From: Eledone cirrhosa
Lineage: Eukaryota
DNA: 64,000 nucleotides
Assembly (NCBI GenBank): GCA_964016885.1
Contig: OZ024753.1
Location: forward strand, 3,720,001-3,784,000
Direction of reading: 5' to 3'
In this document: piece after piece, positions 28,889 through 43,250 of the stretch
Numbering within the stretch: position 1 is the stretch's first letter
Layout: every line of letters begins with the position of its first letter
Position numbers and translations under genes: made by a program
The notes under the pieces: generated by a model
Seen by the model: only the letters and a program-made list of their open reading frames with translations
The model's database searches: none
Told to the model about the DNA's origin: nothing

Positions 28889-29510
28889 GAGATATTTATG
28901 TATGCATATGTGCAAGTGTGTGTGCGTGTCTGGAAACGTATGCATGTTTGCGTGTATGCGCTCGAGTGTATGTGAATGTGTGTATGTTTAATAAACATCT
29001 ATTGGTGCAAACGGGAGTAAGTTTTTATCGAATAGAAAGTACTCAATACAATAAATTCGTTGTCTCTATTTTTTTTTCATTTTATAGCAATTGACATTTA
29101 CACATTTATCATACAGTTTCATTCAGACACTTCAAGATGGTGAATAAAATACAAAGAAAATTGTGATATGTATCGCATGAAATGTTTACTGTACTGACCA
29201 GAAGACATTTCAGATGTTACATAGGGGCCTGTGTATATATAAACCTTAAAGTGTACAGTGGAATATATACGTATGTATACTTATATATATATACAAACAT
29301 AGACAGACATCTTACGTTCAGCAGATTAATTGTAGTGGGGAAGGTTGGTGAAAAGGTCGGAAGAACATTCTTCGTTTACTTTATGTCTTTTGGTGTATAT
29401 GTAGAGTGACTGAAGTTCATTTTAGGTGTATGCATAGCGCATGCTTACTTTCGTGGATGCCGAGAGGTTGTTCTTGACGTAAAGGCATACATACATACAT
29501 ACATACAAAC

Positions 29511-29810
29511 GGCGGTGAATTGGCAGTATCGGTAGAGGGTCGGATACCATGATTTGACGCATAGAGATACGGCCCTTGCCATTCTGAGTTCAAATCCCGT
29601 CGAGGTTAACTTTGCCTTTCATCCTTACGTGGTCGATAAAATAAAGTACCAGTAATGTAGTGGGTAATTCCTGGCCTTGTGCCAAAAGTAGAAACAATTA
29701 TATATAAATAAAGGTTAACTTTGCCTTTCATCCTTACGGGGTCGATAAAATAAAGTACCAGTAATGTACTGGTTAATTGCTGGCCTTGTGCCAAAAGTAG
29801 AAACAATTAT
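29511..29810 (+). mobile_element. tRNA-SINE with tandemly duplicated 3' half
   Basis: Full head at 29511; aggttaactttgcc...agaaacaatt occurs twice. Confidence 0.9.
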
Positions 29811-30417
29811 ATATAAATATACATTATAAATATATACATACATATATATTAAGGTCTTTATTGATTTTACAAAGTTACGAGGTGGGTGGCTCAGGATCTA
29901 TAAAAAGGCTATAGACCCGACTCCAGCTCAGTGTGCTCATCAGACCGTGCTAATCAAATAAAGCTAAGATATATATAACAAGTTATAATATGTTATCCAT
30001 GTGCAACCTGCAGTATTCTTCTCCCCATTTTTTCACATATAAATATATATATATATATATTTCTCGTTCTCTTTCTCTTGCATACAAGCAGTTGATATAT
30101 ATCAACTGCCTCCATCCAAGAGAAAGAGAACGAGAAAAACAGATCGAGAATGACAGAGAAATAGAGAGAGAGAGAAAGAAGGTGTGAGAGTAAGAGAGAC
30201 AGGATTACAAGAAGAATGACTGAGTTGAGAATGACAAATGCAGTCGACACCAGTTCCCACTGCTCTCGTCTCAGACTTGGCGCTCACACTGACATTATCA
30301 AAATTACCAGTAATGAGGCTTAAGGGCATTCATTAAAGGAACGTATATAAATATAATTATATATAAATATATATATATACACACATGCATATATATATAT
30401 ATATATATTTATATATA

Positions 30418-30586
30418 GTAATAATAATAAAATTGAAGACTAAAATTCAAAGAGGGCTCGATAAGGAAAATATATATCAAATATATAAGAACCGTAGAGC
30501 AAATATTTATTAAAATAACAGATTAAAGTTTAAGCAAAGAATCGCTGCTTTCACCCTTAACGGGATCTTCTGTTATTTTAATAAAT
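30418..30586 (-). mobile_element. Family D element with near-complete hammerhead
   Basis: Minus strand: GAAGA-T CCC GTTAA GGG T-GAA-AGCA gcgattctt TGCT-T-aaacttt. Confidence 0.8.
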
Positions 30587-30604
30587 ATATATATATTTAT
30601 ATAT

Positions 30605-31057
30605 GGAAAGTTATATTTAAATTGTTGGGTTACAACTAGTAAATATTTATAACTGATATAAAAGCACTCGACAAATATTTGGAGTATATTTACAATATTA
30701 AATAAATGGAAACTATATTTATAAAACCATATTTATTTCATTATATATATTTCAGGGATATCATATTAACAATATGCTATGCCTTCCTCAGACAAAATAC
30801 AATATAAACAGTTTTATAGATAAATAGATTCGACATACCGTAACAACATCTACTTGCATTTGAGAAGGTTGATTTGGTAGTCAAATGCAAGTAGATGTTG
30901 TTACGGTATGTCGAATCTATTTATCTATAAAACTGTTTATATTGTATTTTGTCTGAGGAAGGCATAGCATATTGTTAATATGATATCCCTGAAATATATA
31001 TAATGAAATAAATATGGTTTTATAAATATAGTTTCCATTTATTTAATATTGTAAATA
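30605..31057 (-). mobile_element. Family E fold-back element with hammerhead-like core
   Basis: ~175 bp inverted arms; CTGAGGA (30953-30959), stem II, GAAA (30991-30994); unique tail 30605-30686. Confidence 0.85.
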
Positions 31058-31621
31058 TTTATATATATATATATATTTATAAATATATTTATATATATTT
31101 ATATACGTTCCTTTAATGAATATATATATATATGCATGTGTGTGTGTTTGTGTGCGTTTTCATGTATGTATATAAACGCACACGGCCACAGATAGACGCA
31201 CGCACATACACACATATATGCATATATAAATTTCCAGTATATTTTTAATTTTTCATTTGGGAATCTATTTATTCATTAGTGATTTAATTTCTCATGCATC
31301 TGTGTCTCTGTGTGTTTGTGTCCGTGCGTTTGTACATGTGGTGTGTAGGGTGGGTGTATATGTGTGTATGGGGTGGGTGTATATGTGTGTGTGGGGTGAG
31401 TGTATATGTGTGCATTTGCTTGTATGCCTCTACACTTAAGAAAATATATCATGAGTGGAAATGCTCATATATTCCACTTTAACGCTGTTTATTTTCTGAG
31501 TGAGAGACGAAATGTAAACAAAGATATTTTGCACAAACGTATATTATTGATAGTCTGAAATAGAGAGGCACACATACGAACGCACACACACACACACACA
31601 CACACTATATATATATATCTG

Positions 31622-31960
31622 ATAGGGTGTGGTAAAAAAAAAAAACAGTTAGAACATAGCCCACCAGAGTACTCGAGACTAGCAGAGTGGGTAACATGAA
31701 AAGATTCAGGACCTCGACGGCTGAGCTCTGGCTGTTTCGATCGACAGCTAGATCCGAACTTTGTATATATATTCCTAAAATATGCATATATATATATAGG
31801 AAAGTGTATGACCCCGACGGCAGAGCTCAAGCCCTTTCGATGGCTATTTCTGGACTCAGAAATAGCCGTCGAAACGGCTTGAGCTCTGCCGTCGAGGTCA
31901 TACACTTTCCTATTACCCACTTTACTACCCTAAGTATTAAGTACTCTGGTGCGTTACGGT
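31622..31960. mobile_element. Two family C copies (diverged minus 31622-31765; fold-back plus 31798-31960)
   Basis: Shared gacggc.gagctc..gc.gtttcga motif and tail. Confidence 0.8.
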
Positions 31961-33718
31961 GCATGCAGTGCATGCGTCTACAAAAATATATACGTACAAG
32001 CAACAATTCATGCAACAAAATATTATGCTTTGCATATGCATACAAACACACACATCGCGGTACACACACTCACGATCGCATATGCAATTACACAATCACG
32101 CACGGACACACATACGTATGTACACGTATATGTATGTTTGTAGGTATGTACACGTATATGTATCTATGTTTATGTATGTATAGACATTCGCTCGCTCACA
32201 CACACACACATACACACACACACACATATATATCTAATAGGAGCCATATCATTCTTTTTTGACCGTGCTCATTATGTATGTGTGGATGTATGTATGGGTT
32301 TATGTATGAGTGCCTGCAGAAGAGTGTTTATAAATTTGTGTTTATATCTTTGCATCTATTTGTTCAATCCTTTCACATATTTTCTCTTTGTACAATTTCG
32401 AAAACATGTTTGCGTTTCTGTACATCTGATTAGCTTATGTTTTACCCCAGGTCTTCGACCATCGAGTAGATATACGATCACCCCCAATATATTCATACTC
32501 TATATTTAGCTTATTTTGAATTGTTTATGTTTATCTAAAATCATTCTTTCATCATTTTATTGGAAGAACGACTATTCCAAACATCAGTTTAATAATGAGA
32601 TAATTAGTTACATTACAAAACCATTTAAAATTCTTGATTATTTTCAAAATTATTTCATAATTATATGCAGTGATTTTCATTAGAAATATTGTAGCGAAAT
32701 TGTTAAACGGCAGTTTGAGGGCGATTTAATTGCTATGTCTAGCATAATCCTCTCATTTCTTTATTCTATTTGTGTTGTTGAAATGTAGTATAGTAACTTA
32801 TTAATATTATTTATATCGACCCCTTTCATCCTTAAGGGGTCGATAAAATAAAGTACCAGTAATACACTGGGATAATTGCTGGCTTTGTGCCAAAAGTAGA
32901 AACAATTATTTATATGAGAAGATATGTCCTCTTCTAGATTCAGAACACAGTGTTGTGTACGCTAAGTCGACTTTATAACAGCCTACTTTAGACTCCTGCA
33001 CTGAACCACAGCCATTTCAATTCACCTCATAACATATCTGCTAATCGATTGATTGAGAATCTGTTGACGTCTCACTTCAATTGACCGCTTCTCTCACTTC
33101 CTCTTCTTCTCCATCATGTAAAAAATACTGGTTTTTACATGTGATCAACTAACTCGTTCTGCAGGAAATATGAGCACAACAGAATCCAAGTATCCAGTTT
33201 TCATCGAGAAAACATTACTACTAGCCCAACCATTACCACTACTAATGATGATGATGATGACGATAATTACGACAATGATAATTTCTTATATAGTCTCATC
33301 CACAAATATGAATTTCGTCTGGTGAATTTTCAAGTTACTAAATAAAATCCGTAGAAATACTTCAAGATGTTTTCTCTGACGTTCTAGTGATCCTACCAAT
33401 TATTCTAGGAAATATATCACTTCGTCTTTTTCTTTTCTTACTATGCGGTGGGGAGGAAGCTACTAAAACTGTTCTTGTATCATAGGTATTAAATACTACT
33501 GCCGTTTCTCGTAATCGGTGTTGACATTTTAGTATCTCTCATGAATTGGCTAAGAGTGTTAAGTGTCCATTCAATCACGAGTAGACACATACATTATCAA
33601 TGAAACTGAAACCTACAATAATCCAAAGGAAAATCTATGATGTAACATCTGGAAATAGTATCGCTGCCTTGGCCCTGGGACATATGTATTTTATCAATCT
33701 GGATATATATATATATAT

Positions 33719-33908
33719 AACGAAGGAAATGTGGTAAGGAACCAGGCAGACCATAACGCACCAAAGTACTTAATACTTAGGGTAGTAGAGTGGGTATTAG
33801 GAACGAGTAGGACCCCGACGGCTGAGCTCAAGCCGTTTCGACGGCTAATTCTGGACTAGAATTAGCCGTCGAAACGGCTTGAGCTCAGCCGTCGGTGTCT
33901 TACTCGTT

Positions 33909-33911
<3 letters not shown>
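33719..33911 (-). mobile_element. Family C fold-back element
   Basis: Near-identical to 61238 and 63539; in (TA)n. Confidence 0.88.
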
Positions 33912-33969
<58 letters not shown>

Positions 33970-34247
33970 TCTGTGAATAATATAACCATGGAGTGAGTCG
34001 ATCGTAAAGATTGGATCAACTTCAGATGCTCTTCATCCTTCGAACCTACTGATTCTGAGCTCGCATTGTTCTTAAATCTCATTGATAAAGGTGCAGTTGT
34101 TTCGTCAACTTGCCTGAATTATATATATATATATATATATATAATTTTGGTAGTGTATATATATATATCCACACACAGGTGTGTGTACACTACCAGAATT
34201 ATATATATATCTATATACTCGTATATAGATATATATATATATATATA

Positions 34248-34683
34248 CGATATTGACAAATGGAAACTATATTTATAAAACCATATGTATTTCATTATAC
34301 ATATTTCAAGGACACCAAGTTAAATTATGGTGTGCTTTCATCAGATAAAATATAATATATAGCAGTTTTATAAATAAATATTGACATACCCTTAAAGAAT
34401 GCAACCATTACTGTTGGAAGCTTCCAACAGTAATGGTTGCATTCTTTAGGGGTATGTCAAAATTTATTTATAAAACTGCTATATATTATATTTTATCTCA
34501 TGAAAGCATACCATAATTTAACTTGGTGTCCTTGAAATATTTATAATGAAATAAATATGGTTTTATAAATATAGTTTCCATTTGTCAATATCGTATTTTT
34601 ACTCCAATTACTTGTTGAGTGCTTTATATCAGTTATAAAAATATTTGCTTGTTGTATCCCAACAATTTAAATAGAACTTTTGC
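34248..34683 (+). mobile_element. Family E fold-back element
   Basis: Palindrome centred at 34420/34421 (ggaag|cttcc). Intact CTGATGA on the minus arm (34338-34344); mutated CTCATGA on the plus arm (34497-34503). Confidence 0.85.
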
Positions 34684-35189
34684 ATATATATATATATATA
34701 TATATTCACACATTAGTTTAACGTTTGCAATAATTGTAAGAGAGTCTTAAGGTTTTAGTCATTCATCAAAAGAATAAGAAATAAAAGATGAAATAGGAAG
34801 CCATTTTATATATATATATGTATGTAAAGGACGATTATCTCTATTCTCATCATAGTTGTTACTGCCGACGGGAAGAGCCACAGTTGATTTTTAAATTCTT
34901 TTTCAGATTACGATATTTCAAAGTGTTTTTTGCTGTTATTTGCCCATTTGTAGTTGCTTACCTACAAATTGATATTTAGTTTCAAGATATATGATTGAGC
35001 CATCCCTGCCGTGGGAGATCTCTTATTTCCAGAATAGAAAATACAAGCCTGTCCAACATGTCAAATCTACCCATATATTCCAATCAGAAAGGGTATTATG
35101 TATCGGAGACCTAACGGTTATTCCTAATATGTCAAGTGTGTAGTCTCTGTTTCTACAGTGTTGTTATAGTTGAAAAATATCAAAACTGA

Positions 35190-35227
<38 letters not shown>

Positions 35228-36895
35228 TTCCGTATGTGCATCTTTAAGTGTGTGCACAAGTATGGTTGCGTGTGCTGACAAATTTAGGTTGTTATAATAA
35301 TTCTATTGATTTTTTGATTTCGTTCAATTTATTGCTTTACATTAGAGACTATCTATTTTTTCAGTTTTACTTTTCGTCTCGTAAAATGAATAATACATAT
35401 ATATAATATATATAATATATATTTATAATATGTAATACACATATAGATATATTCAGTGAGAGAGAGAGAGAGAGATGTATATATACATATATGTGATGTC
35501 TTGTTATGTTATTTAAATATTTGGCCTGGCACACGCGTGCATTATACTTGGCAGAGGCCAAAGATACACACTTACTTACATCAGACTCAAATCATTATTA
35601 TAGCTGACGCTGAACTGAAAAACTTGCGAAAAGTATACAGGAAATAAAAAAAAATGAAACGAAATATCCTTTAGTTACGGCCAATTTCAGTTGTAAAAGA
35701 AATGATAAATAAAAAACGTAGCGGAGACAACTCAAATTTCACAAATTGGTGGTAAAAAAATGATTTTAAGATCAAATAGCTATGATATATTTTCAATATT
35801 AATTTATCCTACTCATCTTATCACATAATCTTAAAATGTTATTTATCGCTGATTCGTGAAATTTGAGTTTTCACTATAACGCTTTTTGCAACTCAAAATG
35901 GCCGCACCTAAATGAGAGATTTCCTTTCATTTATTACTTCCCGTCATATACGAATGGTAATCTTTTCTTTTGGTCCACCATAAGTTATAGCATTGCCTTT
36001 AATAACGTTAAACATATTTATTCGGCTTCCGCTACAAGGAACACACGTGTGCTTCGCCAGATGCTTTCAATATATCATTACCAATATATGTATATTGTAT
36101 ATATACATAGTCAAGCTTCGATGCTATTTTGTTAAACAGATTTAAGTTCAAGACAATTTACTTACGCATATTCATTATATGTTTCAACACTAATTCTTTC
36201 TTTCATTATATATTAATACTATTGGTACTCTGCCCCTCCAAGAACATCGAGTGCTCATTCGGCATACCGCCTATGGACGCAATTAACTTGCACCTTAACA
36301 CAATATAATATATATATAGAGAGAGAGACAGAGAGAGAGAGAGAAAGAGAAAGAGAAAGAGAGAGAGAAAGAGAGAGAGGGAGAGAGAGAAATAGTTACA
36401 GCTATATCAAGGATCATCGATATACACAGGCAGTCTAAGCTACACCACAACTAATTTGCAATTTACGTGGAGTGCTTTTTGAAAGTATGTCCGGTCTAAA
36501 AAGCTACATAATTTCTCATGCCAGAAGTGAGTATCGTGTCCGCTGGAGTCTTGAAGCTATTTATGTAGATATGTTCGGAACAAATCGGCGTTGGTTATCG
36601 AATTCCAATAGGTCACATAATGACTTTGGCCATGATATTGTGGTTTAGATTTTCACTTCCAAAGATAAAACTGTTTCGGGTTCAATATGAATGTTGACAC
36701 TATAGTCAAATTTATTCTACAAAAGTTTCAATCGGAGTATTTGTTTTTGAGTAAAGTTTCGTTGACGGAATCTGTTCGGAAGACGTTGCCTTACATACAG
36801 TCATTTACCCCTATACACATGCACATACATACATGCATAGACACACACATACACACACACACACGTGTGTGTGCATATGTATGTGTGGCTGCGTG

Positions 36896-37033
36896 CAGGG
36901 CCTCCAAGAAAAATTGTGCAAGGTGCTACAAGAGCCTTTTGGTGCCCGAAGAAGGCAAAGATTTTTCTCAAAATGGATGTTTCATACTTGCTGTGGGGCC
37001 TTCTTAGTACTTGGGTCCCTCTCATAGGCCCTG
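36896..37033. mobile_element. hAT-like MITE
   Basis: TIR CAGGGCCT...AGGCCCTG; degenerate 8-bp TSD gctgcgtg/gatgtgtg. Confidence 0.55.
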
Positions 37034-37159
37034 GATGTGTGTGTATGTCTGCTTGTGTGCCTGTTTATATTTCATTGGTATATGTGTAAATGGTTACGAC
37101 TGAGCCAGGTTTTGAATTCAGTCGAAGAATATATTCAGATTTTGTCAAGTTTTATTTTA

Positions 37160-38530
37160 CGAACATCACCACCACAACTGTCACGACGACAACCATCCCA
37201 ACAGCCTCACCACAACCACCGCAATATTACGGCCATAACCGCCCAACATCACCCGCGAGCACACATAGCATCTCTATCACCAGCATCAATAGCAACAACA
37301 CTATCAACAAAAGCAACATCTTAAATAAAACCTTCACCAGCAATAACAACAACAATAATATCAGCGACGCATCGGCAATATAACTATCACTACCATCACA
37401 TCAAACGTCTACCCCCACCTTCCACAAATAACAACAAAAACATCTAGAATAAGTATCTCGGCAGCAACTGTAGCAGTCCCACCACTACCACAACCTCCTC
37501 CTCCATCACATCTATCAGGAAAAACAACAACACATAATACTGCAGTGGCGTCACCACCAGCAGCCGTAGCAACCCCTTACCACCACAACCACAACAACAA
37601 CCACCACCACAGCAACTACAACCACCACCACAATAACCACAACCACCACCACAAAAACCACAACCACCACAGCAACCACCACAACAACCACACCATCACC
37701 ACAACAACCACCACAACAACCACAACCACCACAACAACCACAACCACCACAACAACCACAACCACCACCACAATAACCACAACCACCACCACAAAAACCA
37801 CAACCACCACCACAAAAACCACAACCACCACAGCAACCACCACAACAACCACACCATCACCACAACAACCACCACAACAACCACAACCACCACAACAACC
37901 ACCACAACCACCACCACAACAACCACAGCAACCACAACAACCACCACCACAACAACCACAACCACCACCACAACAACCACCACAACAACGACAACCACCA
38001 CAGCAACGACAACCACCACAGCAACCACAAACACCACCACAACAACCACAACCACAACAGCAACCACCACCACCACAAAAACCACCACAACAACACCACT
38101 ATCGACACCACCACCACCATCAGCACCAACACTAACACCACCACCAACAACGACAACACTATCAACACCACCACCACCATCAGCACCAACACTACCACCA
38201 ACAACGACAACACTATCGACACCACCACCACCATCAGCACCAACACTAACACCACCACCAACAACGACAACACTATCGACACCACCACCACCATCAGCAC
38301 CAACACTAACACCAACAACGACAACACTATCGCCACCACCACCGCAATCAGCACCAACACTACCACCACCACCAACCACAACACTATCGCCACCACCACC
38401 GCAATCAGCACCAACACTAACACCACCACCAACAACGACAACACTATCAACACCACCACCGCAATCAGCACCAACACTACCACCACCACCAACAACGACA
38501 ACACTATCAACACCACCACCACCACTATCT
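37160..38530. repeat. (CAA/CAC)-rich trinucleotide-derived array with ~55-60 bp higher-order units
   Basis: Repeated acaacactatcgacaccaccaccaccatcagcaccaacact units at 38095-38525. Confidence 0.9.
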
Positions 38531-39608
38531 ACTGAAGTTACAGAAAACAACATGCCAAACCATCTTTCACATTAAAACAAACAGACGGAATGAAGATAAA
38601 GAATTACGTTTGAAAAAACAAAAAAAAAAGAACGAGAAATCTTACAAAATTTTATGAAGAGAGAAAGACGAAGAATTTATAGCTTTTTCATCATCATTAA
38701 ACACTATTAAAGTTGAGATATATGTGGGGAGAGGAGTTGTAGGAGAAACGAGAGAAGGAAAGAGAGAAGGAAAAAGAGGGGGAGAGAGAGAAAAGGAAAG
38801 AGAGAGAGAAGGAAAGCGAGAGAGAGAGAAGGAGAGAGAGGGAGAGAGAAGGAGAGAAAGAGAGAGAGAGAGAGAAGGAGAGATGTAAGACGCAAGAGAG
38901 TGGAGCTAGATAAAAGAAAACAGAGACTCGGTTTCAAAAAAAATCGAAGACAATTATACATATATATGTGTGTATAAATATATTTGCACATAAAGTCACA
39001 CATACATACATATATACACACACGCATGAATACATACATACATACATACATACATAAATACATACATAGGTATTCACTCTTACTAAAAAATAATCACAAT
39101 CACACAATCACACATAAATACACACACACCAACAAACGTATATATATATATATATATATATACATACACACACAAACACACACTCACACATGCATACGTA
39201 CATACATACGTTCATACATACATAGGTACACATATACATGCATACACACATCACACACATAAACACGTACATACACACATACACACCTCAGTATTCGTAT
39301 TTCGTATTTACCCTCACGCAAAACTAATAACACAGAACCACACACATACATATATACACACAAACATATATACAAGCACACACACAAACGTATATATATA
39401 TATATATATATATACAAATCACTCACATATTTACATACACACAAAAAACATACACATAAATGTGCATATACCAATCAATATGTGATCAGAATCGATTAAC
39501 TAAAGTGTGAAACTCTGAGTAGCAATGGAGTAAATAATGCATTGATTCCTAATAAATATACATACTTCGTCTATTTGTATGTATGTGTGTAGGTTTATAA
39601 ATACATAT

Positions 39609-39648
<40 letters not shown>

Positions 39649-39651
<3 letters not shown>

Positions 39652-39862
39652 ATTCCGGGTTGAGTCGGAGGTAACCACAGTAAGTAAGGTACTCAATACA
39701 TTGCAGAGTATAAAAGTTTTAATATAGATGAGATTCTACAGGACTAGAACTGTTTCATTCTTTAGAAATCACCAGGAATCTCTCTTTAGAAATCATCAGA
39801 GATTCCTGATGATTTCTAAAGAATGAAACAGTTCTAGTCCTGTAGAATCTCATCTATATTAA

Positions 39863-39866
<4 letters not shown>
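39649..39866 (-). mobile_element. Family B fold-back element
   Basis: Near-identical to 9077-9276, with an extra internal duplication at the turn. Confidence 0.88.
39799..39851 (+). ncRNA. Type I hammerhead ribozyme motif (family B)
   Basis: GAGATTC-CTGATGA-TTTCTAAAGAAT-GAA-ACAG ttctagtc CTGT-A-GAATCTC, with stems I and III fully paired. Confidence 0.85.
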
Positions 39867-39900
<34 letters not shown>

Positions 39901-40294
39901 TATATATAAAATATAATAAAATACTATAGTTTGTTTGAAGCATGGTATATGATATATAACGTTGAAAGAGATAGAAGGCTAAATAATGCAAAATGGACTG
40001 TAACATGAGGTAACGAAAAGTAAAAGTTACCATATATATATATTTATTCCTTTATTTATTAGAGAGAGTCAGGGCCAGACGGCGGAGCTCTTGCCGTTTC
40101 GACAGGTAATTTCAGACACCTGCATTGTACGTACACACACACGCGCATATGAGACGGATTGTGAGAAATTCTCAGATGGGACACAACCTAACAAATTTCA
40201 CAGTTAACCGACCTAGTGTCTTCTCATTGTAGACACACACACACACACACACACACATATAAATATATATATGAGTGCGTGTGTGTAAAATAAT

Positions 40295-40440
40295 GGTTTC
40301 TTATATAGGCACAAGGCCAGCAATTTTGGGGACAGGGAAAATCGATTAAATCGACCCCGGTACGTTACAGGTACTTTATTTTATCGACCCCGTAAGGATG
40401 AAAGGCAAAGTTACCCTCGGCGGGATTTGAACTCAGATCA
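40295..40440 (-). mobile_element. tRNA-SINE
   Basis: Reverse complement of the family body and B box. Confidence 0.88.
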
Positions 40441-40445
40441 TTAAG

Positions 40446-40477
<32 letters not shown>

Positions 40478-40571
40478 CTTTCTTTATTAACCACAAGGGT
40501 CTACATAAAGTAGACACTAAGGACAGTACAGGACAATACAGGGCGGTACAAATGGGCATTTTAATAATAAT

Positions 40572-40866
40572 AAAGTGGGAGGTAAAAAGGATTTGGAACT
40601 GCCATGAAGTCAAGGTCGTCCCGATTGTCATAGGGACACTAGGTACTATCTCAAAGTGTTTCCAAGGATGGTTAAAGAAAATTAGTCCAGCCCCGCTTTT
40701 TGGAACACTTCAAAAGGCATGCTTGCTGGGAACAGCAAGTACCCTCCGATACCTCCTGAATATCTGAGGCTGCAGGTAGTGGCTTGATATTCATTTCAAC
40801 AAACTTTCCAGTTAAATAACATCAATGACTGAGACTCAAAGAACAATAATAATAATAATAATAATG
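40572..40866 (+). mobile_element. R4/Dong-type non-LTR retrotransposon 3' fragment
   Basis: VKVVPIVIGTLGTISK...LQKACLLGTASTLRYLL matches the C-terminus of restriction-like-endonuclease LINEs; (AAT)n at both ends. Confidence 0.8.
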
Positions 40867-40867
40867 A

Positions 40868-41137
40868 TGGTTTCTCATAGAAACACAAGGCCAGCAATTT
40901 GGGGCGAGGGGTAAGTCGATGAAATCGACCTCAGTACATGACTGGTACTTTATTTTATCGACCCGTAATGATGGAAATCAAATCTAACCTAAAAATAGTA
41001 AAATAATTGTTTCTACGTTAGGCACAAGGCCAGCAAAATACCCAGTGTATTACTGGTACTTTATTTTATCGACCCCGTAAGGATGAAAGGCAAAGTTAGC
41101 CTCGGCGGGATTTGAACTCAGAATGGCAAGGGCCGTT
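40868..41137 (-). mobile_element. Two tandem tRNA-SINE fragments
   Basis: Second copy has TSD atagtaaaataat at 40995-41007 and 41138-41150. Confidence 0.85.
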
Positions 41138-41420
41138 ATAGTAAAATAATGTTTACTGATATCAATTTTTCCTTCTGGAAACAAGGCCTTACTTATATAT
41201 GGGGCTGGGTGATGAATGAATTATTAAAGGTGGTGTTCATTATTTATTGGTCTCTTATCGGAAATCGAAGCCCTGTCACTTCCACGCGCCTCATACCGAG
41301 CTCTTCATGAAAGTGAGGGTGCATCTGTATACTAGTGTTATATGTGTGAATACATAATTAGATACATATACACAGAAATACGCATACACATATAGATATA
41401 CACAAATACACACACACACA

Positions 41421-41487
<67 letters not shown>

Positions 41488-41510
41488 ACACACACATACC
41501 AATATGTATA

Positions 41511-41561
<51 letters not shown>

Positions 41562-41924
41562 TGCATACACTTAGACATCCTGTATGTGTCTACGTACGTA
41601 TGGTTACAGTTCTATTTATAAATACAGAACCGTAAACACTATATTGTAAACAATGGTATATTGAAATAATATCAATCATAACATCTGGAGTCGATTGTAT
41701 GTGGTCGTTCGTCTTGCTAGAAAGTACAGTCACCACCCTCTCAATATTTGCTGTTTAAACTAATCCTACGTAGAGTGACACTGTCTTAATGAATGATAGG
41801 ATTACCTCAATTGAAATGCGTGAAAGGAATATATGGTCTGGTCCCTTAACTCCTGATAGAGTCTTAGAGATGATTATTGACATACGGCGATACTTGGGAA
41901 TTTTAAGCATGACGGAACCCATCC

Positions 41925-42132
41925 CCCTCCAGGCCCGAGTACAGCAGATTTCTTCGAGAGAGAGGAAGAATCTTCCCCAGTACTAAACTACACTAGTATC
42001 TTTTTTTTATCGGCCTCGAAAGAATGAAAGACAAAATAGACCTCGGTGGGATTTGAGCTCCGAGAGCAGAGAGCCGGATCGAATATCATAAAGCATTTTA
42101 TCCAACGTTCTAATGACTGCCAATTCGCCGCC
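41925..42132 (-). mobile_element. Diverged tRNA-SINE
   Basis: gaatgaaagacaaaatagacctcggtgggatttgagctc...tgccaattcgccgcc. Confidence 0.75.
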
Positions 42133-42599
42133 TTCTAACAGAAATGATCAAGGACTAACCTGCAAAAGCGGCCTCTCATATTTACTACTTTTACTACGAC
42201 TGCTGCCGCCACCTCCCAATAATATCATTAATATTTATTATAGTCATTAATACATATATAAAAAAAACACTACACTATAATAAATATACGGGAATGGAGA
42301 AAACAATGAGATATAAAAGGAGGAATGTTATAAATGTTATGTAATAAATAGTTTGGTACATAATAAACAGGTCGGGGCAGAACAGCTCACCACATTAGCC
42401 TTGTATAATTTCTTAACACGGCTGAGATCCCTGATGCTAAGAGCGAGCTGAGCACCTCAGTACATTACGTACTATAACGAAAAGTGAACCTAACATCTTT
42501 GAAATGGAATAGAAGAAAATATTTTATATCCTCTACGGCATAATATTGTATAATAGTCATCAAGGCTGATTCATATTAGGAGACAACCATTTCCTTTCG

Positions 42600-43250
42600 A
42601 TCCCTTATATTCTAGTTCCTCGTAACAGAAGGTCATCAAGAAGTTCTTACTGCCACAAGTGATACATCTGGCCTTTCCGTCTTCCGTCTTGCACAGCTAT
42701 TTACCTTACTTACCTTCCTGCATTTACGTCTAGGCATTGCCCCGGAATGGCACAATAGTTTTCAAGTGTTTTATGTGATATAAATCCGTATTCTCCCCTT
42801 TTGGATCACATGTAAGTCATTGTGGCTTCTGCTTTCAAAGCTTACCAACATTATGTAACGAAAGGCTCAACCAGACAAGAACCAATTTCACTGCTCATGC
42901 CCTTGACTGTCATACATATATTGGGCAATTCAATATATCGAAGTATGGGCAGGTGTGTGGCGCAATGACCCAGTCTAACTCTTCGCATTTTTTTGGTGTT
43001 TAAACCATGAAGACACTGCCAAACATCTTGGTGTTTATGATAGAATCCACGGTTTTCCAGGCTCCATCTGGAGCTTCCCAAACTATTCCTTTGAGGCTAT
43101 GTACAAATGTATCCCTATATTTTAAAACACAGAGCTATATAAACTGTTTGTCTGTTTCTTTATATGTTCTATCCCGAAGGTGCAGACTTTTGTAACACAC
43201 TTTTACCATGTATTTCTATTCTCTGAGCCGACCTATGTTTAGACATTCTT
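42600..43250 (-). pseudogene. Degraded retroelement ORF1/gag-like remnant
   Basis: Minus-strand KARCITCGSKNFLMTFC resembles a decayed CCHC zinc knuckle; surrounding frames are interrupted. Confidence 0.35.

Noticed and set aside
37545-38553. His/Thr/Gln-rich and Gly/Val-rich ORFs
   Set aside because: Products of CAA/CAC repeat expansion; no splice or start evidence.
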